Positions 1 to 6,474 of a stretch of 40,039 bases of DNA are shown piece after piece. Position numbers and translations under genes: made by a program. Position 1 is the first letter of the stretch. Every line of letters starts with the position of its first letter. A model generated the notes under the pieces. That model made no database searches, was not told where the DNA came from, and saw only the letters and a program-made list of their open reading frames with translations. Source of the DNA: a virus; the IMG/VR virus record IMGVR_UViG_3300028175_000008, positions 1 through 40,039 of that record. One strand, given 5' to 3'.

Positions 1-178
1 GAAGTATCTATCTTACCTAACCCATATACCACACACTTGATAATCGCATTAACTTTGTATATATGTCTTAAACACAAGATAGTACAAAAAATAGAAAGTA
101 GTATTGAGAGTTGGTTATTCGATTGGAAGTCATGATTTACCACATATATGTGAGCGTCTTACAGACGAAACGGAGTAA

Positions 179-406
179 ATGAATATGAATAGTAGAGAGT
201 ACTATATGCTAAAAAAAGAACTTGTGATTTTCCAAAGGAAAATGGATGATATAAAAGATTTATTAAAAGAGGTTATAGAGAAACAAGAGAAAATAGAATT
301 AAGTGGTGAAATTACTTATGGAGAACCACATCACATAGGACGTAAAGAAAAACAAGTTAATATTTCACTACGGAGAAACAAGAATGTTAGTAACGATAAC
401 TTATAG
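179..406 (+). CDS. Hypothetical protein
   Basis: 75-aa ORF, GGAG upstream, stop overlaps next ORF. Confidence 0.55.
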   Translation: MNMNSREYYMLKKELVIFQRKMDDIKDLLKEVIEKQEKIELSGEITYGEPHHIGRKEKQVNISLRRNKNVSNDNL

Positions 407-611
407 TAGTAATTTTCAAAACAACGCCACTTCACTACGAGAAGCTATTAAAACACGTTTTGGACACGATGTTAATTTAATTGGGTTAAATGGCAATGAC
501 AAATATAATGTTCATTTAAATAAAAATAAAATTATATATAGTGATGTAGTAGCAAGTGACAATGATACTATACTTACTATAATAGAAAACAACTCAAGCT
601 CAACAACATGA
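384..611 (+). CDS. Possible Rdx/SelW-like thioredoxin-fold protein without the CxxC/U motif
   Basis: VTITY...ATSLREAIKTRFG.DVNLI...NVHLN...IIYS pattern resembles the Rdx family; no Cys. Confidence 0.35.
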   Translation: MLVTITYSSNFQNNATSLREAIKTRFGHDVNLIGLNGNDKYNVHLNKNKIIYSDVVASDNDTILTIIENNSSSTT

Positions 612-706
612 AAATTTATAAACCAAATATAAACGAATTCATTATGATTATAATATTTCTTATAGTGATGAGCAATGGAGTATGGAATCTATACATTTCA
701 AAATGA
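608..706 (+). CDS. 32-aa single-TM microprotein
   Basis: MKIYKPNINEFIMIIIFLIVMSNGVWNLYISK; ATGA overlaps with both neighbours. Confidence 0.5.
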   Translation: MKIYKPNINEFIMIIIFLIVMSNGVWNLYISK

Positions 707-1005
707 AATATAATTCAAACAAATTGTTTGGTTGTGAATTCCCTAAGTGTAACTACACTACTAACCATAGAAGTCAAGTCAATTATCACCATATTGTACC
801 ATTGGAATTAAATGGAAGTGATAAAGATTATAATAGAATTTGGTTATGTCCTACACATCATACTAAAATATATGTACCCAAGAGTAAAAGTGGTATGCAT
901 ACTATAAAAGGTCAAGATAGTATAGTATTGATTCAATGGTTAAATAGTACTGGTGGAAAAGTATTAGAATACAATGATATAAAAGGAAATAAGTTTTTTA
1001 TATGA
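703..1005 (+). CDS. HNH endonuclease-like protein
   Basis: CEFPKC...YHHIVP..LNGSD...NRIWLCPTHH; start moved to ATG 703 (ATGA coupling). Confidence 0.7.
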   Translation: MKYNSNKLFGCEFPKCNYTTNHRSQVNYHHIVPLELNGSDKDYNRIWLCPTHHTKIYVPKSKSGMHTIKGQDSIVLIQWLNSTGGKVLEYNDIKGNKFFI

Positions 1006-1070
1006 TATACTTCTGTATTATATTATTTATAGTATCGTGTATCATATCACTATATAATAAGGCGTTTTAA
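1002..1070 (+). CDS. 22-aa hydrophobic peptide
   Basis: MIYFCIILFIVSCIISLYNKAF; ATGA overlap with the HNH stop. Confidence 0.35.
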   Translation: MIYFCIILFIVSCIISLYNKAF

Positions 1071-1136
1071 ATGATAACTACTGGATACATATGGAGTGAT
1101 ATAATAATAGTATTGAGTATTTTATTACTGATTGAC
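1071..1136 (+). CDS. 21-aa hydrophobic peptide
   Basis: MITTGYIWSDIIIVLSIFITD; starts immediately after the previous stop. Confidence 0.3.
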
Positions 1137-1182
1137 TTGGTAATTCAAGAGATATTCTGAATCCTCTGAATGAATGATTCTG

Positions 1183-1216
1183 AAACTCTCTACTCATCGG
1201 GGGAAACAACGGCAAT
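1183..1216 (-). repeat. Intergenic repeat, copy A
   Basis: Plus-strand AAACTCTCTACTCATCGGGGGAAACAACGGCAAT; abuts the stop of ORF 1217-1318(-). Confidence 0.8.
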
Positions 1217-1318
1217 CTAACTCCACTTCTTTAAACAAAGTCCTACTACATACAACCCAATGCCTATCAACAATACAACCTTCCAATAACTAATTAAATA
1301 GTCTAATTCAAACATCAT
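1217..1318 (-). CDS. 33-aa TM microprotein
   Basis: MMFELDYLISYWKVVLLIGIGLYVVGLCLKKWS; GGGAG SD upstream; explains the local C-rich plus strand. Confidence 0.6.
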   Translation of the reverse strand: MMFELDYLISYWKVVLLIGIGLYVVGLCLKKWS

Positions 1319-1319
1319 A

Positions 1320-1351
1320 AAACTCCCTACTTCTTGGGGAAGAACGGCAAT
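1320..1351 (-). repeat. Intergenic repeat, copy B
   Basis: Plus-strand AAACTCCCTACTTCTTGGGGAAGAACGGCAAT; abuts the stop of ORF 1352-1519(-). Confidence 0.8.
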
Positions 1352-1519
1352 TTAATTAAATATTCCTAAATATTTCTTAAACCTATTCACTATAATCTTA
1401 GAGATTTGTACTCGTACTTCTGGTTCGGAGAAATGATCCTGTTGTAGGGCTTCCAAATTTTGTACTATGATTTCTTGGAGTTTGTCTAATTTTTCTTGCG
1501 TGAGTATGATTTTTCCCAT
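1352..1519 (-). CDS. 55-aa helical hypothetical protein (below the ORF-track cutoff)
   Basis: MGKIILTQEKLDKLQEIIVQNLEALQQDHFSEPEVRVQISKIIVNRFKKYLGIFN; TATATTTATT motif directly upstream. Confidence 0.65.
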   Translation of the reverse strand: MGKIILTQEKLDKLQEIIVQNLEALQQDHFSEPEVRVQISKIIVNRFKKYLGIFN

Positions 1520-1597
1520 ATGAATAAATATATTCTTTTTACATATATATCCTATTTATATTACAATGATGACTTTCTCTTCACCAAGGAGAATATT

Positions 1598-1699
1598 ATG
1601 TTAGAACGAATTACTGATTTATTAATCTATTACTCACCCACTATCGCAATTATAATTATTTTATATATCTGTGGTAGAATATGGTGGAGAAACACTTAG
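1598..1699 (+). CDS. 33-aa TM microprotein
   Basis: AAGGAG SD; MLERITDLLIYYSPTIAIIIILYICGRIWWRNT. Confidence 0.55.
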   Translation: MLERITDLLIYYSPTIAIIIILYICGRIWWRNT

Positions 1700-1794
1700 T
1701 GGAAACTCAACCATCAGGATGGGAAGGTATCATTCCACTTGTATTAGGTATACTTGTATTCTATATATTTTCTTATATCAGAAAACGGAAGTAA
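1699..1794 (+). CDS. 31-aa TM microprotein resembling the YajC N-terminus
   Basis: GTG start, GGAG SD; METQPSGWEGIIPLVLGILVFYIFSYIRKRK. Confidence 0.55.
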   Translation: METQPSGWEGIIPLVLGILVFYIFSYIRKRK

Positions 1795-1808
1795 AAATAA
1801 TTTACCTA

Positions 1809-1914
1809 TAAGGTTATGTCCTTAAATTTACTATAATTTTTAAGGTTATCTCCTTAAAATTTAAGGAGAATAATTCACTATTCTCCTTATTCAAATGGTT
1901 AGTAATACTAACCA
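1809..1914. repeat. Array of overlapping palindromes
   Basis: TAAGG-N6-CCTTA x2; TCTCCTTAAA-A-TTTAAGGAGA; TAAGGAGAATA-N6-TATTCTCCTTA; TGGTTAGTA-A-TACTAACCA. Confidence 0.85.
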
Positions 1915-2254
1915 CTTCAACTCATTATACCATACCGAACACATTCTCTATATGGTATTACAAATTATACCCTATCAACCATTCTTACCCACAACTACCC
2001 ACTTTACTATATCAAATATACCACAGTTCTTCTACTACACTGTGCGTCTGTCTTTATGTCATATATTTGGCCACGTACCAGGTTTCACACACGCTTCGTA
2101 TCATAGTGTCAAAATGTCACACGAAATCACTAAAAATTATTCTATTAACGGCTGGATTATCAACTTCCCCTTGATATATCTATGCCATATTTCAATTATT
2201 TAGCTCATAAATTCCTTATTGAGACTGGTGGAGTAATTAATTCAAATAAATAGC

Positions 2255-2283
2255 TTGACTTTATCATATATTTGTCGTAAGAT
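2255..2283 (+). promoter_or_regulatory. Sigma70-type promoter
   Basis: TTGACT-N17-TAAGAT. Confidence 0.8.
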
Positions 2284-2380
2284 CAGTATGTTGAGAGGTA
2301 GGCCTATAAGGATTTGAGGGGCGGCACGACGGATAGTCTAAATAATATTATGAAAAACTATTATATTGTGTGAAATACAG

Positions 2381-2420
2381 TGACTAAGACTGACCAAGCA
2401 TGACTAAGACTGACTAAGAA
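2381..2420. repeat. 10-bp tandem repeat x4
   Basis: TGACTAAGAC TGACCAAGCA TGACTAAGAC TGACTAAGAA. Confidence 0.9.
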
Positions 2421-2484
2421 GGAGAATTAGTCTATTCGCACGGCCATGGAGATAGAATTAAATTGAAATAATTAAAGAAATGAC

Positions 2485-2513
2485 TTGACTTTATCAAATA
2501 TTTGTCGTAAGAT
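2485..2513 (+). promoter_or_regulatory. Sigma70-type promoter
   Basis: TTGACT-N17-TAAGAT; spacer differs from 2255 by 1 nt. Confidence 0.85.
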
Positions 2514-2539
2514 CGTTTATCAAATAAAGAGAGAACATA

Positions 2540-2737
2540 ATGAAGAAGTGGAAAACAGCAAAAGCAATAGCAAGTAGTAAGAAAATCGACAAGGGATTGA
2601 AGGCCTTTGGTAAATCGATAGGATTGGATAAACCATTCTTCGCCGCTAAAACCTTTGATGATGTAACAGGTACATGGAAGGTATGTCCGTGTTGTGGTGG
2701 AGATAGTTTAGAAGCTGATATACTAAAATTAATTTAA
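2540..2737 (+). CDS. Early hypothetical protein (basic, CPCC motif)
   Basis: Downstream of promoter 2485 with GAGAG SD. Confidence 0.7.
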   Translation: MKKWKTAKAIASSKKIDKGLKAFGKSIGLDKPFFAAKTFDDVTGTWKVCPCCGGDSLEADILKLI

Positions 2738-2745
2738 AATAACAC

Positions 2746-2774
2746 TTGACATTATCAGAATTTATGTGTATATT
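2746..2774 (+). promoter_or_regulatory. Sigma70-type promoter
   Basis: TTGACA-N17-TATATT; 39 bp (2743-2781) identical to 2921-2959. Confidence 0.85.
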
Positions 2775-2800
2775 CAAGTAACGAAACAAGAGAGAATACG

Positions 2801-2959
2801 ATGAAAGATAAAAGAACTAATAAGAATTACAATCCAACTGTTGAGTTTAACAAAGCAATTAACTCCGATTGGTTCAAGACAATAGTAACTCGCATGGGTT
2901 CAGAAGTTAATATTAAAAAACACTTGACATTATCAGAATTTATGTGTATATTCAAGTAA
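2801..2959 (+). CDS. 52-aa early microprotein, paralog of 9532-9639
   Basis: MKDKRTNKNYNPTVEFNKAINSDWFK...; reads through the next promoter. Confidence 0.6.
   Translation: MKDKRTNKNYNPTVEFNKAINSDWFKTIVTRMGSEVNIKKHLTLSEFMCIFK
2924..2952 (+). promoter_or_regulatory. Sigma70-type promoter
   Basis: TTGACA-N17-TATATT. Confidence 0.85.
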
Positions 2960-2978
2960 TGAATAAAGGGATAATACT

Positions 2979-3179
2979 ATGTTTAAACAAAATACTATAA
3001 CAGAAAAATTAGACAAGCTATTACGACGAATTATATTCACTACTTCTTCGTCTCAAACACCAGTTGAACGAAGTGATATTCTTCGGGTTAAGTCTATGAT
3101 TGGATGTTATCCAACTACACAAATTAGAGAAAGAGATATGATAGAATGTAATAGACTTTGGAAAAAATATTCAAAATAA
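2979..3179 (+). CDS. Early hypothetical protein with CNxLWKKY C-terminal motif
   Basis: Own promoter, AAGGG SD. Confidence 0.75.
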   Translation: MFKQNTITEKLDKLLRRIIFTTSSSQTPVERSDILRVKSMIGCYPTTQIRERDMIECNRLWKKYSK

Positions 3180-3182
3180 CAC

Positions 3183-3211
3183 TTGACTTTCTCACTGATC
3201 TGTCGTAAGAT
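3183..3211 (+). promoter_or_regulatory. Sigma70-type promoter
   Basis: TTGACT-N17-TAAGAT. Confidence 0.85.
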
Positions 3212-3248
3212 CATATACAAACAGAACTAAAACAACAAAGGAATCATA

Positions 3249-3452
3249 ATGATAAAGATAAACAAATACACAAATACCACCAAACCAAAGGTAGTGGTGA
3301 AGAATGGAGTTTCTTATAAAGTATTGGATTTAGGTGGTACTAAATTAAAAGTTAGGGTAAAAAGTCCTAAAGAACTCCTTAAAGATAAAAAAGCGTTTGA
3401 TAAATACTTATCTGGACGTGATGAGGATTCTATATTACCACCTACTAAGTAA
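3249..3452 (+). CDS. Early hypothetical protein (Lys-rich)
   Basis: Own promoter, AAGGA SD. Confidence 0.75.
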   Translation: MIKINKYTNTTKPKVVVKNGVSYKVLDLGGTKLKVRVKSPKELLKDKKAFDKYLSGRDEDSILPPTK

Positions 3453-3567
3453 ATAAATGAAAAAAAGACTTGACTTTGTGGTTTTGTCTTTTCTACTTAT
3501 TTGAAAAGATGGTGGGTTTAAGAGTGACTACCTATTTGGAACTCTTAAAATTTAATTAAAAAAACAC

Positions 3568-3596
3568 TTGACTTTGTGGTAAAAATGTTGTATATT
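3568..3596 (+). promoter_or_regulatory. Sigma70-type promoter
   Basis: TTGACT-N17-TATATT. Confidence 0.85.
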
Positions 3597-3622
3597 CAAG
3601 TAACGAATAAAGAAAGTAAACA

Positions 3623-3814
3623 ATGATTGTAAATATGGTGAACGCCGATACCGGTGAAGTTGAAGTAAGAGAAGTGGATATTAATAATCCAAATTCTGTT
3701 ATGGATTTTGTCATGGAGACTAAAGAATCATTTAACCTATCTGATGAAGAAACGGATAAATTGATTGATAGTATATTTGGAACTCATAATGATAGTATAG
3801 TAGGAGAGGCATAA
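3623..3814 (+). CDS. Early hypothetical protein (acidic)
   Basis: ORF behind promoter 3568. Confidence 0.7.
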   Translation: MIVNMVNADTGEVEVREVDINNPNSVMDFVMETKESFNLSDEETDKLIDSIFGTHNDSIVGEA

Positions 3815-3815
3815 T

Positions 3816-3998
3816 ATGAATGATATAACACAATATGGTGAAAACGAATTGAGTCTTAACGTTTTCAATGATGAGTTTTTGTATAACCAAGCCATGAGAG
3901 GAAGTAGGGATTATTTAATAACTCTAATCGATGAGTCATTCATATATACGGATGAACAGATGGACGTATTAATCCAAGACTTAGATGAGGATGAGTAG
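3816..3998 (+). CDS. Early hypothetical protein (acidic)
   Basis: GGAG/GAGG SD, coupled to the previous ORF. Confidence 0.7.
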   Translation: MNDITQYGENELSLNVFNDEFLYNQAMRGSRDYLITLIDESFIYTDEQMDVLIQDLDEDE

Positions 3999-4019
3999 GA
4001 AAATAAATTAAAATAACAC

Positions 4020-4048
4020 TTGACTTTGTGGTAAAAATGTCGTATATT
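4020..4048 (+). promoter_or_regulatory. Sigma70-type promoter
   Basis: TTGACT-N17-TATATT; spacer differs from 3568 by 1 nt. Confidence 0.85.
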
Positions 4049-4053
4049 CCAGT

Positions 4054-4299
4054 ATGAATAAAACACAAAAAGAGTTATCCACTAACGGATTAAAACCAAA
4101 GATTGTTAAACTGAATGGTGAAGCGTTATATAAACACCTACAACTCTACTTCGGTAAGTCTCCAAAAGAGGCATTAGAATGTATGATAGAGAATAATCAA
4201 GATATATCTTTTACTAATGGAATGGGTAGAGATAAAGAGAATCATGATTTTGATGAAGCAATGAATGGACTATATAAAGATTATGATGGAGATATTTAA
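4054..4299 (+). CDS. Early hypothetical protein, probably leaderless
   Basis: ATG 5 nt after the -10 hexamer, no SD. Confidence 0.7.
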   Translation: MNKTQKELSTNGLKPKIVKLNGEALYKHLQLYFGKSPKEALECMIENNQDISFTNGMGRDKENHDFDEAMNGLYKDYDGDI

Positions 4300-4303
4300 A
4301 ACA

Positions 4304-4510
4304 ATGAACTTAGAACAAACTAACTTACTCTGTAAGACTATTAATCTATTCGGTGACGGACAACATCCAGTTGCTGAAGCCTCTACAATAGGGCAATTTA
4401 ACCATAAGTATAGTATTGAGTGTATAGATAAGGCTCTTACTTTATCTATGTGTGACCCGGGTGATAAGATTATAATGATGTTAAACGAGATTAAAAATAA
4501 ATTAAAATAA
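4304..4510 (+). CDS. Early hypothetical protein
   Basis: In-frame ATG 4304 just after the previous stop. Confidence 0.65.
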   Translation: MNLEQTNLLCKTINLFGDGQHPVAEASTIGQFNHKYSIECIDKALTLSMCDPGDKIIMMLNEIKNKLK

Positions 4511-4513
4511 CAC

Positions 4514-4543
4514 TTGACTTGTATAGGTAAAGTGTTGTATATT
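4514..4543 (+). promoter_or_regulatory. Sigma70-type promoter
   Basis: TTGACT-N18-TATATT. Confidence 0.75.
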
Positions 4544-4571
4544 CCAGTATGGATAGAGAGAGAAAATTAAG

Positions 4572-4628
4572 AGATGAGAACTGGTCCCCACTTAGTGGGA
4601 TAGGGTTAAGAACTACTGAATCTCATCT
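4572..4628 (+). ncRNA. Structured RNA motif, permutation 1 (order X-Y)
   Basis: Closing stem AGATGAGA/TCTCATCT, inner CCCAC-TTA-GTGGG hairpin; segments shared with 5146-5195 in swapped order. Confidence 0.65.
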
Positions 4629-4686
4629 TGATTTAACCCCCGTCAAGCTAAATAATATTTACCTAAACAAATAAAGGAAGTAAACA

Positions 4687-4911
4687 ATGAAGTTTTATAA
4701 ATCAGATGTAATCGAAATACCAAACATTGATACGTTTAAAGGATATATACCAATTGGTTATGATTTAGTCGAATACGAAAAAGGTACGAATCCTGAAATG
4801 GATGGTATGGTACTACATGGTTTTGATGAAATTAATATGGACGAATTTGGTTTTAAAAATCCAGAATATTGTTTTATAAAATACATAATTAATAAAGGAA
4901 CAGAAGGATAA
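4687..4911 (+). CDS. Hypothetical protein
   Basis: AAGGA SD; lies between the two RNA-motif copies. Confidence 0.75.
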   Translation: MKFYKSDVIEIPNIDTFKGYIPIGYDLVEYEKGTNPEMDGMVLHGFDEINMDEFGFKNPEYCFIKYIINKGTEG

Positions 4912-4915
4912 CAAA

Positions 4916-5134
4916 ATGAACAAAACTAAAAAAACACCAATTAAACCCTTCACAGAAGAAGCATTAGCTTTCTTTCAAGAACAAAACGATCAAGAAGAGT
5001 TCATGACAGAACCCACTAATGGTAACTATATAGATTATCTATTAGGAGATATAGGTACTAATGGACATGATGGTACTACTATGGATACTGAGTGGGAAGA
5101 TCTATCTGACGATTCAGATTGGTTTATGGACTAA
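4916..5134 (+). CDS. Hypothetical acidic protein
   Basis: AAGGA SD; followed by RNA-motif copy 2. Confidence 0.7.
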   Translation: MNKTKKTPIKPFTEEALAFFQEQNDQEEFMTEPTNGNYIDYLLGDIGTNGHDGTTMDTEWEDLSDDSDWFMD

Positions 5135-5145
5135 ACAAAATTTAA

Positions 5146-5195
5146 TGGGGTAGGGTTAAGAGCCACTGCATCTCCTGGAGAACTGGACCCCACTT
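5146..5195 (+). ncRNA. Structured RNA motif, permutation 2 (order Y-X)
   Basis: Closing stem TGGGGT/ACCCCA, inner TCTC-CTG-GAGA hairpin. Confidence 0.65.
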
Positions 5196-5211
5196 CTACT
5201 TAACACACCCA

Positions 5212-5252
5212 GAGAGAGAAGGTGGACGAATATTTCGACCACCAACTCTCTC
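5212..5252 (+). other. Strong GC-rich hairpin
   Basis: GAGAGAG/CTCTCTC plus GGTGG/CCACC with an AA/AA internal loop. Confidence 0.7.
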
Positions 5253-5674
5253 AACTCCTTATGCTACACAAACGATAAAAAATAAAGTGCTCATAATAAT
5301 GACAAAATGACAGATAGCTCGGACCCGGCAGAATGACAAACTGATCGGGGGGGTATAGTTTGTCGTGAACGTGAAAAGGTATGACATAACGTCAGAGGCT
5401 CTGATTGGTATGCATATCGGTGTCAATTTTTGAAGCTATAGCTCTTGATACAAATATCCTATCTCTAACGAGATAAATAATAATATACGAGTGTAGGGGA
5501 AAGGAAATAGGTATAATGATTATATGAACTCTTATGAACGACATAAAACTCCCTATATTCGGTTGAATATTATGTGCGAAGTTTTTGTTGTTTTGAGAAT
5601 TATGGATATAGTTATTATTAAGTTGAGTGTTGAATAGCAACATTCTAAGTTATAAACCAAATAAGGAGCTCATC

Positions 5675-5899
5675 ATGAGTAAACCAAAAGAAGCATCATT
5701 TCTTACCTACGAAGAGGCAGCTAAAGTTATCGGAATCGATCCAAAGTCAATTTCAGGATTTGCTAAGAAGCACAATGTATCTCGTGGTTCTTTAGTTATT
5801 GGTGGTAGAAATCGCCGAGTAGTATCGGAAAGTGATTTCATGTCAATAGTAGAGATGAAGAACTACAATCGTGAGAATGATACTGTAGTCTGGGACTAA
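5675..5899 (+). CDS. Excisionase/MerR-like helix-turn-helix DNA-binding protein
   Basis: AAGGAG SD before ATG 5675; FLTYEEAAKVIGIDPKSI pattern. Confidence 0.7.
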   Translation: MSKPKEASFLTYEEAAKVIGIDPKSISGFAKKHNVSRGSLVIGGRNRRVVSESDFMSIVEMKNYNRENDTVVWD

Positions 5900-5911
5900 A
5901 ACCCAACGGGA

Positions 5912-5951
5912 GTGTTGAGTGGGGTTTATCCCCACTTGACACCACTTTTTT
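5912..5951 (+). terminator. Intrinsic terminator
   Basis: 13-bp stem GTGTTGAGTGGGG/CCCCACTTGACAC followed by a T-tract. Confidence 0.75.
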
Positions 5952-6028
5952 GTGTCGTTTCATAAAAAACGTTATACTTATATAAAAGAGAAAGGTTATA
6001 TTAGGCCGTTAGGCCTTTCACCCACACT

Positions 6029-6247
6029 ATGAAAAAACCATTAATGACAATCGGAATAGAAGAAATTTCAGAAGAACAATATAATCACTTCTTCTATAAG
6101 TGGTTATACACTTATGGAGGAACATCGGATGTAAAGACTTTGCAGGAATTTATCAATGAGTATGATTCAGATGTATATGGAGATGTAGATATTTATTCTA
6201 CTTCTGTATGTCCTTGTGTTATGTGTATAGGAGAAGATATAGTATGA
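6029..6247 (+). CDS. Hypothetical protein
   Basis: ORF track; stop overlaps next start. Confidence 0.55.
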   Translation: MKKPLMTIGIEEISEEQYNHFFYKWLYTYGGTSDVKTLQEFINEYDSDVYGDVDIYSTSVCPCVMCIGEDIV

Positions 6248-6474
6248 AGTCACGAATAGAAGTTATTAAAGAGCTTGTTAAGAAGTATCCTAATGACTAT
6301 CAGTTAGGTAGTGCAGTTAGACGATTTTTAACAGAAGATTATTGGAATGATAGCAGTAATACTTTAAGAGTTCTTGAATATCGAGAGCTTGGAGAATTTA
6401 AAACTCTTACATCGTATGGTCAGGATCATAAATTAGCAGAACAAGAATGGTTAAAGAGGTTAAATAAAATATAA
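6244..6474 (+). CDS. Hypothetical protein (KYPNDYQLG motif)
   Basis: GGAG SD, ATG 6244. Confidence 0.7.
   Translation: MKSRIEVIKELVKKYPNDYQLGSAVRRFLTEDYWNDSSNTLRVLEYRELGEFKTLTSYGQDHKLAEQEWLKRLNKI

Noticed and set aside
1895-2203. Plus-strand 102-aa ORF from the track
   Set aside because: His/Thr/Tyr-skewed composition reflects the C-rich tract and is unlike neighbouring genes; the only SD-like AAGGAG is far upstream inside a palindrome
3470-3500. Additional early promoter
   Set aside because: TTGACT plus the first part of the 3568-type spacer is present, but there is no -10 at 17 bp; probably a truncated copy
2743-4056. CRISPR-like array from the recurring 30-40 bp repeats
   Set aside because: The repeats are promoter sequences, the intervals are variable (about 180-490 nt) and coding, and no cas genes are present
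4572-5195. Assigning the permuted motif to twister, hammerhead, pistol or hairpin ribozymes
   Set aside because: CACTGC, CTGGTCCC and AGGG recall twister, but the AAGC/CCRG part of P4/L4 is missing; there is no CUGANGA/GAAA core and no pistol pseudoknot. Left unassigned
5333-5395. Hatchet ribozyme (ATGACAAAC...GGGG)
   Set aside because: The conserved GCAGACGUUAAAA-type 3' block is absent, and a simple hairpin explains the sequence
5936-5964. Promoter at CACTTGACAC
   Set aside because: It is part of a terminator stem and has no -10 at the proper spacing
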